Shown in pieces: positions 1 through 15,600 of a stretch of 64,000 bases of DNA; positions within the stretch are counted from its first letter, which is position 1, and each line of letters starts with the position of its first letter. The DNA is taken from assembly GCA_964035545.1 (NCBI GenBank), contig OZ037771.1, positions 9,862,480 to 9,926,479 of the forward strand, written 5' to 3'. The translations under genes and the position numbers were made by a program. The notes under the pieces were generated by a model. It did not search any database, was not told the DNA's origin, and saw nothing but the letters and a program-made list of their open reading frames with translations. The stretch comes from Bugula neritina (Eukaryota; Animalia; Bryozoa).

Positions 1-3000
1 TACTGAAATACACTGTAACATGATGTAGTACACTGCAACACATTGAAATATTCTGCAACAAACTGAAATATACTGCAACATACTGAAATGTACTGCAACA
101 TACTGAAATACATTGCAACATATCGAAGTATATCGTAATAAACGAACATGTACTGTAACATACTGAAACACACTGAAACAAACTGAAACATACTGAAATA
201 TACTGAAATATACTGTAACACATTGAAAAATACTGCAACATACTGAAAGACACTTCAACTCACTGAAGTATAGTGTAATTTACGGAAATGTACTGTAACA
301 TACTGATAGTTACTGCAACACACTGAAATATACTGCAACATACTGAAATACACTGTAACATACCGAAATAAACTGCAACATAATGCAACATACTGAATTA
401 CACTGTAACATACTAAATTACACTGCAACATTCTGCAACATACTTCAACGTACTGAAATACACTGTAACATAATGAAATACACTGCAACATACTGCAACA
501 TACTGAAGTACACTGTAAAATATTAAAATACACTGCAACACATTGGAATATACTGCAACACACTGAAATATACTGTAACATACTGAAACATGAGTAATAT
601 ACTGAAAGATGCCTCAACATACTCAAATACACTGCAACACATTGAAATACACTGCAACACACTGAAATATACTGCAACACACTGAAATGTACTTCAACAT
701 AATGAAAAACACTGCAACATATCAAAGTATGTTGTTATATACAGACATGTACTGAAACATACTGAAACATACTGAAATACACTGCAACAAGTTGGAATAT
801 ACTGCAACATACCCAAGTATATGGTAATATAATGAAATATACTGCAACATACCGCAACATATTGAAAAACACTGTAACAAACTGAAATACGCTGCAACAC
901 ATTGGAATATACTGCAATATACCCAAATAAATGGTAATATACTGAAATATACTGAAATACACTGTAACACATTGAAAAATACTGCAACATACTGAAACAC
1001 ACTACAACTCACTGAAGTATAGTGTAACTTACTGAAACATACTGCAACATACTGAAATACACTGTTACATACTAAAATACACTGCAACATACTAAAATAC
1101 ACTGCAACATTCTGCAACATTCTGCAACATACTTCAACATACTGAAATACACTGTAACAAACTGAAATACGCTGCAACACATTGGAATATACTGCAACAT
1201 ATCCCAATAAATGGTAATATACTGAAATATATTGAAATACACTGTAACACATTGAAAAATACTGCAACATACTGAAACACACTACTACTCACTGAAGTAT
1301 AGTGTAACTTACTGAAATGTACTGTAAAATACTGATATTTACTGCAACACACTGAAACATACTGCAACATACTGAAATACACTGTTACATACTAAAATAC
1401 ACTGCAACATACTAAAATACATTGCAACAATCTGCAACATTCTGCAACATACTTCAACATACTGAAATACACTGTAACAAACTGAAACACGCTGCAACAC
1501 ATTGGAATATACTGCAACATACCCAAATAAATGGTAACATACTGAAATATACTGAAATACAATGTAACACATTGAAAAATACTGCAACACACTGAAAGAC
1601 ACTACAACTCACTGAAGTATAGTGTAATATACAAAAACGTACTGTAACATAGTGATATTTACTGCAACACACTGAAATATACTGCAACATACTGAAATAC
1701 ACTGTTACATGCCAAAATAAACTGCAACATACTGCAACATACTGCAACATACTGAAATACACTGTAACATACTCAAATACACTGCAACATTCTGCAACAT
1801 ATTGAAATATACTGCAACACACTGAAATATACTGCAACACATCCAAGTAGACTGTAATATACGGACATGTACTGTAACATACTGAAACAAAATGAAATAT
1901 ACTGTAACACTCTGAGTAATACTGCAAAATGCTGAAATATACGGTAACACAGTGAAGTATACTGCAAAATTCTGAAACATACTGCAACATAGTAAAACAT
2001 GGGCAATATACTGAAAAATGCCTCAGCATACTCAAATATACTGCAAGATGCTGCAACATACGTAAATACACTGTAACATACTGAAATACACTGCAACATA
2101 CTGCAGCATACTGAAGTACACTGTAAAATATTGAAATACACTGCAACACATTGGAATATACTGCAACACACTGAAATATACTGCAACATACTGAAATATA
2201 CTGCAACATACTGCAACATACTGAAGTGCACTGTAACATACTGTAACTTACTGAAATACACTGCAACAAACTGTAACATACTGAAACACACTGAAACATA
2301 CTGAAACATACTGAAACATACTGTAACATACTGAAACACACTGAAACATACTGAAACATACTGAGACATACTGAAATACACTGCAACATACTGAAACATA
2401 CTGAAATATACTGAAATATACTGAAATACACTGTAACACATTGAAAAATACTGCAACATACTGAAAGACACTTCAACTCACTGAAGTATAGTGTAATATA
2501 CGGAAATGTACTGTAACATACTGATATTTACTGTAACACACTGAAATATACTGCAACATACTGAAATACACTGTAACATACCGAAATAAACTGCAACATA
2601 ATGCAACATACTGAATTACACTGTAACATACTAAAATACACTGCAACATTCTGCAACATACTTCAACGTACTAAAAGACACTGTAACATAATGAAATACA
2701 CTGCAACACATTGAAATATACCGCAACAGACTGGAATATACTGCAACACATCCAAGTACATCGTAATATACGGACATGTACTGTAACATACTGGAACATA
2801 CTGAAACATACTGAAATACACTGTAAAATATTGAAATACACTGCAACAAACTGCAACATACTGAAGTACACTGTACATATTGAAAAACACTGCAACACAC
2901 TGAAATATACTGCAACACACTGAAATATACTGCAAAATACTGAATTATACTTCAACATACTGCAACATACTGAAAGACACTACAACTCACTGAAGTATAG

Positions 3001-6000
3001 TGCAATATACAGAAATGTACTGTAACATACTGATATTTAATGTTACACACTGAAATATACTACAACATACTGAAATACACTGCAACATACCGAAATAAAC
3101 TGCAACATACAGCTACATACTGAAATACACTGTAACATGATGTAGTACACTGCAACACATTGAAATATACTGCAACAAACTGAAGTATACTGCAACATAC
3201 TGAAATGTACTGCAACATACTGAAATACATTGCAACATATCGAAGTATATTGTAATAAACGGACATGTACTGTAACATACTGAAACACACTGAAACATAC
3301 TGAAACATACTGAAACATACTGAAACATACTGAAATACAGTGCAACATACTGAAACATACTGTAACATTATGAAATGCACTGCAACACATTGAAATATAC
3401 TGCAACAAACTGAAATATACTGCAACATACTAAAACGTACTGCAACATACTGAAATACATTGCAACATATCGAAGTATATCGTAATATACGGACATGTAC
3501 TGAAACATACTGAAACATACTGAAACATACTGAGATACACTGGAACATACTGCAACATACTGAAATACACTGCAACACATTGAAATATACTACAACAAAC
3601 TGAAATATACTGCAACATACTGAAACGTACTGCAACATACTGAAATACATTGCAATATATCGAAGTATGTCGTAATATACGGACATGTACTGTAACATAC
3701 TGAAACACACTGAAACATACTGAAACATACTGAAATATACTGAAATATACTGAAATACACTGTAACACATTGAAAAATACTGCAACATAGTGAAAGACAC
3801 TTCAACTCACTGAAGTATAGTGTAATTTACGGAAATGTACTGTAACATACTGATAATTACTGCAACACACTGAAATATACTGCAACATACTGAAATACAC
3901 TGTAACATACCGAAATAAACTGCAACATAATGCAACATACTGAATTACACTGTAACATACTAAATTACACTGCAACAATCTGCAACATACTTCAACGTAC
4001 TGAAATACACTGTAACATAATGAAATACACTGCAACATACTGCAACATACTGAAGTACACTGTAAAATATTAAAATACACTGCAACACATTGGAATATAC
4101 TGCAACACACTGAAATATACTGTAACATACTGAAACATGAGCAGTATACTGAAAGATGCCTCACCATACTCAAATACACTGCAACACATTGAAATACACT
4201 GCAACACACTGAAATATACTGCAACATACTGAAATGTACTTCAACATAATGAAAAACACTGCAACATATCAAAGTATGTTGTAATATACAGACATGTACT
4301 GAAACATACTGAAACATACTGAAATACACTGCAACGTGATGTAGTACACTGCAACACATTGAAATATACTGCAACAAACTGAAATATACTGCAACATACT
4401 GAAATGTACTGCAACATACTGAAATACATTGCAACATATCGAAGTATATCGTAATAAACGGACATGTACTGTAACATACTGAAACACACTGAAACATACT
4501 GAAACATACTGAAACATACTGAAACATACTGAAATACACTGCAACATACTACAACATACTGAAACATACTGTAACATTATGAAATACACTGCAACACATT
4601 GAAATATACTGCAACAAACTGAAATATACTGCAACATACTAAAACGTACTGCAACATACTGAAATACATTGCAATATATCGAAGTATATCGTAATATACG
4701 GACATGTACTGTAACATACTGAAACACACTGAAACATACTGAAACATACCGAAATATACTGAAATGTACTGAAATACACTGTAACACATTGAAAAACACT
4801 GCAACATACTGAAAGACACTTCAACTCACTGAAGAATAGTGTAATATACAGAGATGTACTGTAACATACTGATATTTACTGTAACACACTGAAATATACT
4901 GCAACATACTGAAATACACTGTAACATACCGAAATAAACTGCAACATAATGCAACATACTGAATTACACTGTAACATACTAAAATACACTGCAACATTCT
5001 GCAAAATACTTCAACGAACTGAAAGACACTGTAACATAATGAAATACACTGCAACACATTGAAATATACCGCAACAGACTGGAATATACTGCAACACATC
5101 CAAGTACATCGTAATATACGGACATGTACTGTAACATACTGGAACATACTGAAACATACTGCAACATTCTGAAGTACACTGTAAAATATTGAAATACACT
5201 GCAACAAACTGCAACATACTGAAGTACACTGTACATATTGAAAAACACTGCAACACACTGAAATATACTGCAACACACTGAAATATACCGCACAATACTG
5301 AATTATACTTCAACATACTGCAACATACTGAAAGACACTACAACTCACTGAAGGATAGTGCAATATACAGAAATGTACTCTAACATACTGATATTTAATG
5401 TTACACACTGAAATATACTACAACATACTGAAATACACTGCAACATACCGAAATAAGCTGCAACATTCTGCAATATACTGAAATACACTGTAACATGATG
5501 TAGTACACTGCAACACATTGAAATATACTGCAACAAACTGAAATATACTGCAACATACTGAAATGTACTGCAACATACTGAAATACATTGCAACATATCG
5601 AAGTATATCGTAATAAACGAACATGTACTGTAAGATACTGAAACACACTGAAACAAACTGAAACATACTGAAATATACTGAAATACACTGTAACACATTG
5701 AAAAATACTGCAACATACTGAAAGACACTTCAACTCACTGAAGTATAGTGTAATTTACGGAAATGTACTGTAACATACTGATAGTTACTGCAACACACTG
5801 AAATATACTGCAACATACTGAAATACACTGTAACATACCGAAATAAACTGCAACATAATGCAACATACTGAATTACACTGTAACATACTAAATTACACTG
5901 CAACATTCTGCAACATACTTCAACGTACTGAAATACACTGTAACATAATGAAATACACTGCAACATACTGCAACATACTGAAGTACACTGTAAAATATTA

Positions 6001-9000
6001 AAATACACTGCAACACATTGGAATATACTGCAACACACTGAAATATACTGTAACATACTGAAACATGAGTAATATACTGAAAGATGCCTCAACATACTCA
6101 AATACACTGCAACACATTGAAATACACTGCAACACACTGAAATATACTGCAACACACTGAAATGTACTTCAACATAATGAAAAACACTGCAACATATCAA
6201 AGTATGTTGTAATATACAGACATGTACTGAAACATACTGAAACATACTGAAATACACTGCAACAAGTTGGAATATACTGCAACATACCCAAGTATATGGT
6301 AATATAATGAAATATACTGCAACATACCGCAACATATTGAAAAACACTGTAACAAACTGAAATACGCTGCAACACATTGGAATATACTGCAACATACCCA
6401 AATAAATGGTAATATACTGAAATATACTGAAATACACTGTAACACATTGAAAAATACTGCAACATACTGAAACACACTACAACTCACTGAAGTATAGTGT
6501 AACTTACTGAAACATACTGCAACATACTGAAATATACTGTTACATACTAAAATACACTGCAACATACTAAAATACACTGCAACATTCTGCAACATTCTGC
6601 AACATACTTCAACATACTGAAATACACTGTAACAAACTGAAATACGCTGCAACACATTGGAATATACTGCAACATATCCCAATAAATGGTAATATACTGA
6701 AATATATTGAAATACACTGTAACACATTGAAAAATACTGCAACATACTGAAACACACTACAACTCACTGAAGTATAGTGTAACTTACTGAAATGTACTGT
6801 AAAATACTGATATTTACTGCAACACACTGAAACATACTGCAACATACTGAAATACACTGTTTCATACTAAAATACACTGCAACATACTAAAATACACTGC
6901 AACAATCTGCAACATTCTGCAACATACTTCAACATACTGAAATACACTGTAACAAACTGAAACACGCTGCAACACATTGGAATATACTGCAACATACCCA
7001 AATAAATGGTAACATACTGAAATATACTGAAATACAATGTAACACATTGGAAAATACTGCAACACACTGAAAGACACTACAACTCACTGAAGTATAGTGT
7101 AATATACAAAAACGTACTGTAACATAGTGATATTTACTGCAACACACTGAAATATACTGCAACATACTGAAATACACTGCTACATGCCAAAATAAACTGC
7201 AACATACTGCAACATACTGAAATACACTGTAACATACTCAAATACACTGCAACATTCTGCAACATATTGAAATATACTGCAACACACTGAAATATACTGC
7301 AACACATCCAAGTAGACTGTAATATACGGACATGTACTGTAACATACTGAAACAAAATGAAATATACTGTAACACTCTGAGTAATACTGCAAAATGCTGA
7401 AATATACTGTAACACAGTGAAGTATACTGCAAAATTCTGAAACATACTGCAACATAGTAAAACATGGGCAATATACTGAAAAATGCTTCAGCATACTCAA
7501 ATATACTGCAAGATGCTGGAACATACGTAAATACACTGTAACATACTGAAATACACTGCAACATACTGCAGCATACTGAAGTACACTGTAAAATATTGAA
7601 ATACACTGCAACACATTGGAATATACTGCAACACACTGAAATATACTGCAACATACTGAAATATACTGCAACATACTGCAACATACTGAAGTGCACTGTA
7701 ACATACTGTAACTTACTGAAATACACTGCAACAAACTGTAACATACTGAAACACACTGAAACATACTGAAACATACTGAAACATACTGTAACATACTGAA
7801 ACACACTGAAACATACTGAAACATACTGAGACATACTGAAATACACTGCAACATACTGAAACATACTGAAATATACTGAAATATACTGAAATACACTGTA
7901 ACACATTGAAAAATACTGCAACATACTGAAAGACACTTCAACTCACTGAAGTATAGTGTAATATACGGAAATGTACTGTAACATACTGATATTTACTGTA
8001 ACACACTGAAATATACTGCAACATACTGAAATACACTGTAACATACTGAAACAAACTGCAACATAATGCAACATACTGAATTACACTGTAACATACTAAA
8101 ATACACTGCAACATTCTGCAACATACTTCAACGTACTAAAAGACACTGTAACATAATGAAATACACTGCAACACATTGAAATATACCGCAACAGACTGGA
8201 ATATACTGCAACACATCCAAGTACATCGTAATATACGGACATGTACTGTAACATACGGGAACATACTGAAACATACTGAAGTACACTGTAAAATATTGAA
8301 ATACACTGCAACAAACTGCAACATACTGAAGTACACTGTACATATTGAAAAACACTGCAACACACTGAAATATACTGCAACACACTGAAATATACTGCAA
8401 AATACTGAATTATACTTCAACATACTGCAACATACTGAAAGACACTACAACTCACTGAAGTATAGTGCAATATACAGAAATGTACTGTAACATACTGATA
8501 TTTAATGTTACACACTGAAATATACTACAACATACTGAAATACACTGCAACATACCGAAATAAACTGCAACATACAGCTACATACTGAAATACACTGTAA
8601 CATGATGTAGTACACTGCAACACATTGAAATATACTGCAACAAACTGAAATATACTGCAACATACTGAAATGTACTGCAACATACTGAAATACATTGCAA
8701 CATATCGAAGTATATTGTAATAAACGGACATGTACTGTAACATACTGAAACACACTGAAACATACTGAAACATACTGAAACATACTGAAACATACTGAAA
8801 TACAGTGCAACATACTGAAACATACTGTAACATTATGAAATGCACTGCAACACATTGAAATATACTGCAACAAACTGAAATATACTGCAACATACTAAAA
8901 CGTACTGCAACATACTGAAATACATTGCAACATATCGAAGTATATCGTAATATACGGACATGTACTGAAACATACTGAAACATACTGAAACATACTGAGA

Positions 9001-9645
9001 TACACTGGAACATACTGCAACATACTGAAATACACTGCAACACATTGAAATATACTACAACAAACTGAAATATACTGCAACATACTGAAACGTACTGCAA
9101 CATACTGAAATACATTGCAATATATTGAAGTATGTCGTAATATACGGACATGTACTGTAACATACTGATAATTACTGCAACACACTGAAATATACTGCAA
9201 CATACTGAAATACACTGTAACATACCGAAATAAACTGCAACATAATGCAACATACTGAATTACACTGTAACATACTAAATTACACTGCAACATTCTGCAA
9301 CATACTTCAACGTACTGAAATACACTGTAACATAATGAAATACACTGCAACATACTGCAACATACTGAAGTACACTGTAAAATATTAAAATACACTGCAA
9401 CACATTGGAATATACTGCAACACACTGAAATATACTGTAACATACTGAAACATGAGCAATATACTGAAAGATGCCTCACCATACTCAAATACACTGCAAC
9501 ACATTGAAATACACTGCAACACACTGAAATATACTGCAACATACTGAAATGTACTTCAACATAATGAAAAACACTGCAACATATCAAAGTATGTTGTAAT
9601 ATACAGACATGTACTGAAACATACTAAAACATACTGAAATACACT
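1..9645. repeat. higher-order duplication, period 5475 bp (then 5465 and 5315 after deletions)
   Basis: Near-identical ORF-track entries offset by 5475 (255/5730, 694/6169, 1134/6609) and 5465 (1773/7238, 2631/8096, 3368/8833). Shared rare variant GCCTCACC near 4160 and 9475. Confidence 0.88.
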
Positions 9646-12600
9646 GCAACAAGTTGGAATATACTGCAACATACCCAAGTATATGGTAATATAATGAAAT
9701 ATACTGCAACATACCGCGACATACTGAAAAACACTGTAACAAACTGAAATACGCTGCAACACATTGGAATATACTGCAACATACCCAAATAAATGGTAAT
9801 ATAATGAAATATACTGAAATACACTGTAACACATTGAAAAATACTGCAACATACTGAAACACACTACAACTCACTGAAGTATAGTGTAACTTACTGAAAT
9901 GTACTGTAACATACTGATATTTACTGCAACACACTGAAACATACTGCAACATACTGAAATACACTGTTACATACTAAAATACACTGCAACATACTGAAAT
10001 ACACTGCAACATTCTGCAACATTCTGCAACATACTTCAACATACTGAAATACACTGTAACAAACTGAAATACACTGCAACACATTGGAATATACTGCAAC
10101 ATACCCAAATAAATGGTAACATACTGAAATATACTGAAATACATTGTAACACATTGAAAAATACTGCAACACACTGAAAGACACTACAACTCACTGAAGT
10201 ATAGTGTAATATACGAAAATGTACTGTAACATACTGATATTTACTGCAACACACTGAAATATACTGCAACATACTGTATACACTGTTACATGCCAAAATA
10301 AACTGCAACATACTGCAACATACTGAAATACACTGTAACATACTCAAATACACTGCAGCATTCTGCAACATATTGAAATATACTGCAACACACTGAAATA
10401 TACTGCAATACACTGAAATATACTGCAAAATACTGAAATATACTTCAACATACTGCAACATACTGAAAGACACTACAACTCACAGAAGTATAGTGCAATA
10501 TACAGAAATGTACTCTAACATACTGATATTTAATGTTACACACTGAAATATACTACAAAATACTGAAATACACTGTAACATACCGAAATAAGCTGCAACA
10601 TACTGCAACATACTGAAATACACTGTAACATGATGAAGTACACTGCAACACATTGAAATACACTGCAACAAACTGAAATATACTGCAACATACTGAAATG
10701 TACTGCAACATACTGAAATACATTGCAACATATCGAAGTATATCGTAATAAACGGACATGTACTGTAACATACTGAAACACACTGAAATATATTGGGACA
10801 TACTGAAATACACTGCAACATACCGAAATAAGCTGCAACATGCTGCAACATACTGAAATACACTGTAACATGATGTAGTACACTGCAACACATTGAAATA
10901 TACCGTAACAAACTGAAATATACTGCAACATACTGAAATGTACTGCAACATACTGAAATACATTGCAACATATCGAAGTATATTGTAATAAACGGACATG
11001 TACTGTAACATACTGAAACACACTGAAACATACTGAAACATACTGAAACATACTGAAACATACTGAAATACACTGCAACATACTACAACATACTGAAACA
11101 TACTGTAACATTATGAAATACAATGCAACACATGAAATATACTGCAACAAACTGAAATATACTGCAACATACTGAAACGTGCTGCAACATACTGAAATAT
11201 ATTGCAATATATCGAAGTATATCGTAATATACGGACATGTACTGTAACATACTGAAACACACTGAAACATACTGAAACATACTGAAATATACTGAAATAT
11301 ACTGAAATACACTGTAACACATTGAGAAATACTGCAACATACTGAAAGCCACTTCAACTCACTGAAGTATAGTGTAATATACGGAAATGTACTGTAACAT
11401 ACTGATATTTACTGTAACACACTGAAATATACTGCAACATACTGAAAAACACTGTAACATACCGAACTAAACTGCAACATAATGCAACATACTGAAATAC
11501 ACTGTAACATACTAAAATACACTGCAACATTCTGCAACATACTGCAACATACTGAAATACACTGTAACATGACGAAGTACATTGCAACACATTGAAATAC
11601 ACTGCAACAAACTGAAATATACTGCAACATACTGAAATGTACTGCAACATACTGAAATACATTGCAACATATCGAAGTAAATCGTAATAAACGGACATGT
11701 ACTGTAACATACTGAAACACACTGAAACATACTGAAACATACTGAAACATACTGAAACATACTGAAATACACTGCAACATACTGCAACATACTGAAACAT
11801 ACTGTAACATGATGAAATACACTGCAACACATTGAAATATACTGCAACAAACTGAAATATACTGCAACATACTGAAACGTACTGCAACATACTGAAATTA
11901 ATTGCAACATATCGAAGTATATCGTAATATACGGACATGTACTGTAACATACTGAAACACACTGAAACATACTGAAACATACTGAAACATACTGAAACAT
12001 ACTGAGATACACTGCAACATACTGCAACATACTGAAAAACACTGTAACATGATGAAATACGCTGCAACACATTGAAATATACTGCAACAAACTGAATTAT
12101 ACCGCAACATACTGAAACGTGCTGCAACATACTGAAATATACTGAGATATACTGAAATACACTTTAACACATTGAAAAATACTGCAACATACTGAAAGAC
12201 ACTTCAACTCACTGAAGTATAGTGTAATATACGGAAATGTACTGTAACATACTGATATTTACTGTAACACACTGAAATATACTGCAACATACTGAAAGGC
12301 ACTGTAACATACCGAAATAAACTGCAACATAACGCAACATACTGAATTACACTGTAACATACTAAAATACACTGCAACATTCTGCAACATACTTCAACGT
12401 ACTGAAAGACACTGTAACATAATGAAATACACTGCAACACATTGAAATATACCGCAACAGACTGGAATATACTGCAACACATCCAAGTACATTGTAATAT
12501 ACGGACATGTACTGTAACATACTGAAACACACTGAAACATACTGAAACATACTGAAATGTACTGAAATATACTGAAGTACACTGTAACACATTGAAAAAT

Positions 12601-15600
12601 ACTGCAACATACTGAAAGCCACTTCAACTCACTGAAGTATAGTGTAATATACGGAAATGTACTGTAACATACTGATATTTACTGTAACACACTGAAATAT
12701 ACTGCAACATACTGAAATACACTGTAACATACCGAAATAAACTGCAACATAATGCAACATACTGAATTACGCTGTAACATACTAAAATACACTGCAACAT
12801 TCTGCAACATACTGCAACATACTGAAATACACTGTAACATGATGAAGTATAGTGCAATATACAGAAATGTACTCTAACATAATGATGTTTAATGTTACAC
12901 ACTGAAATATACTGCAACACACTGAAATATACTGCAAAATACTGAATTATACTTCAACATACTGCAACATACTGAAAGACACCACAACCCAGTGAAGTAT
13001 AGTGCAATATACAGAAATGTACTCTAACATACTGATATTTAATGTTACACACTGAAATATACTACGACATACTGAAATACATTGCACCATACCGAAATAA
13101 GCTGCAACATACTGCAACATACTGAAATACACTGTAACATGATGTAGTACACTGCAACACATTGAAATATACTGCAACAAACTGAAATATACTGCAACAT
13201 ACTGAAATGTACTGCAACATACTGAAATACATTGCAACATATCGAAGTATATCGTAATAAACGGACATGTACTGTAACATACTGAAACACACTGAAACAT
13301 ACTGAAACATACTGAAACATACTGAAACATACTGAAATACACTGCAACATACTACAACATACTGAAACATACTGTAACATTATGAAATACACTGCAACAC
13401 ATTGAAATATACTGCAACAAACTGAAATATACTGCAACATACTAAAACGTACTGCAACATCCTGAAATACATTGCAATATATCGAAGTATATCGTAATAT
13501 ACGGACATGTACTGTAACATACTGAAACACACTGAAACATACTGAAACATACTGAAATATACTGAAATATACTGAAATACACTGTAACACATTGAAAAAT
13601 ACTGCAACATACTGAAAGACACTTCAACTCACTGAAGAATAGTGTAATATAGAGAAATGTACTGTAACATACTGATATTTACTGTAACACACTGAAATAT
13701 ACTGCAACATACTGAAATACACTGTAACATACCGAAATAAACTGCAACATAATGCAACATACTGAATTACACTGTAACATACTAAAATACACTGCAACAT
13801 TCTGCAACATACTTCAACGAACTGAAAGACACTGTAACATAATGAAATACACTGCAACACATTGAAATATACCGCAACAGACTGGAATATACTGCAACAC
13901 ATCCAAGTACATCGTAATATACGGAGATGTACTGTAACATACTGGAACATACTGAAACATACTGCAACATTCTGAAGTACTCTGTAAAATATTGAAATAC
14001 ACTGCAACAAACTGCAACATACTGAAGTACACTGTACATATTGAAAAACACTGCAACACACTGTAATATACTGCAACACACTGAAATATACCGCACAATA
14101 CTGAATTATACTTCAACATACTGCAACATACTGAAAGACACTACAACTCACTGAAGTATAGTGCAATATACAGAAATGTACTCTAACATACTGATATTTA
14201 ATGTTACACACTGAAATATACTACAACATACTGAAATACACTGCAACATACCGAAATAAACTGCAACACAATGCAACATACTGAATTACGCTGTAACATA
14301 CTAAAATACACTGCAACATTCTGCAACATACTGCAACATACTGAAATACACTGTAACATGATGAAGTATAGTGCAATATATAGAAATGTACTCTAACATA
14401 ATGATATTTAATGTTACACACTGAAATATACTGCAACACACTGAAATATACTGCAAAATACTGAATTATACTTCAACATACTGCAACATACTGAAAGACA
14501 CCACAACCCACTGAAGTATAGTGCAATATACAGAAATGTACTCTAACATACTGATATTTAATGTTACACACTGAAATATACTACAACATACTGAAATACA
14601 CTGCAACATACCGAAATTAGCTGCAACATACTGCAACATACTGAAATACACTGTAACATGATGTAGTACACTGCAACACATTGAAATATACTGCAACAAA
14701 CTGAAATATACTGCAACATACTGAAATGTACTGCAACATACTGAAATACATTGCAACATATCGAAGTATATCGTAATAAACGGACATGTACTGTAACATA
14801 CTGAAACACACTGAAACATACTGAAACATACTGAAACATACTGAAACATACTGAAATACACTGCAACATACTACAACATACTGAAACATACTGTAACATT
14901 ATGAAATACACTGCAACACATTGAAATATACTGCAACAAACTGAAATATACTGCAACATACTAAAACGTACTGCAACATACTGAAATACATTGCAATATA
15001 TCGAAGTATATCGTAATATACGGACATGTACTGTAACATACTGAAACACACTGAAACATACTGAAACATACCGAAATATACTGAAATGTACTGAAATACA
15101 CTGTAACACATTGAAAAACACTGCAACATACTGAAAGACACTTCAACTCACTGAAGAATAGTGTAATATACAGAGATGTACTGTAACATACTGATATTTA
15201 CTGTAACACACTGAAATATACTGCAACATACTGAAATACACTGTAACATACCGAAATAAACTGCAACATAATGCAACATACTGAATTACACTGTAACATA
15301 CTAAAATACACTGCAACATTCTGCAACATACTTCAACGAACTGAAAGACACTGTAACATAATGAAATACACTGCAACACATTGAAATATACCGCAACAGA
15401 CTGGAATATACTGCAACACATCCAAGTACATCGTAATATACGGACATGTACTGTAACATACTGGAACATACTGAAACATACTGCAACATTCTGAAGTACA
15501 CTGTAAAATATTGAAATACACCGCAACAAACTGCAACATACTGAAGTACACTGTACATAATATTGAAAAACACTGCAACACACTGAAATATACTGCAACA

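Noticed and set aside
1861-1875. GGACATGTAC as a p53 response element in a 10-bp-period array
   Set aside because: Only a 9/10 match to one RRRCWWGYYY half-site, and neighbouring 10-mers lack the essential CWWG core.
2221-2460. Minus-strand TTTCAG/GTATGT arrays as recursive splice sites
   Set aside because: The motifs overlap as CAGTATGT rather than the AG|GT required of a ratchet point, and there is no evidence of transcription.
240-5760. CRISPR-like pattern of a fixed landmark with variable intervals
   Set aside because: The intervals are 280-1400 bp of the same satellite rather than unique 25-45 bp spacers, and there are no cas genes.
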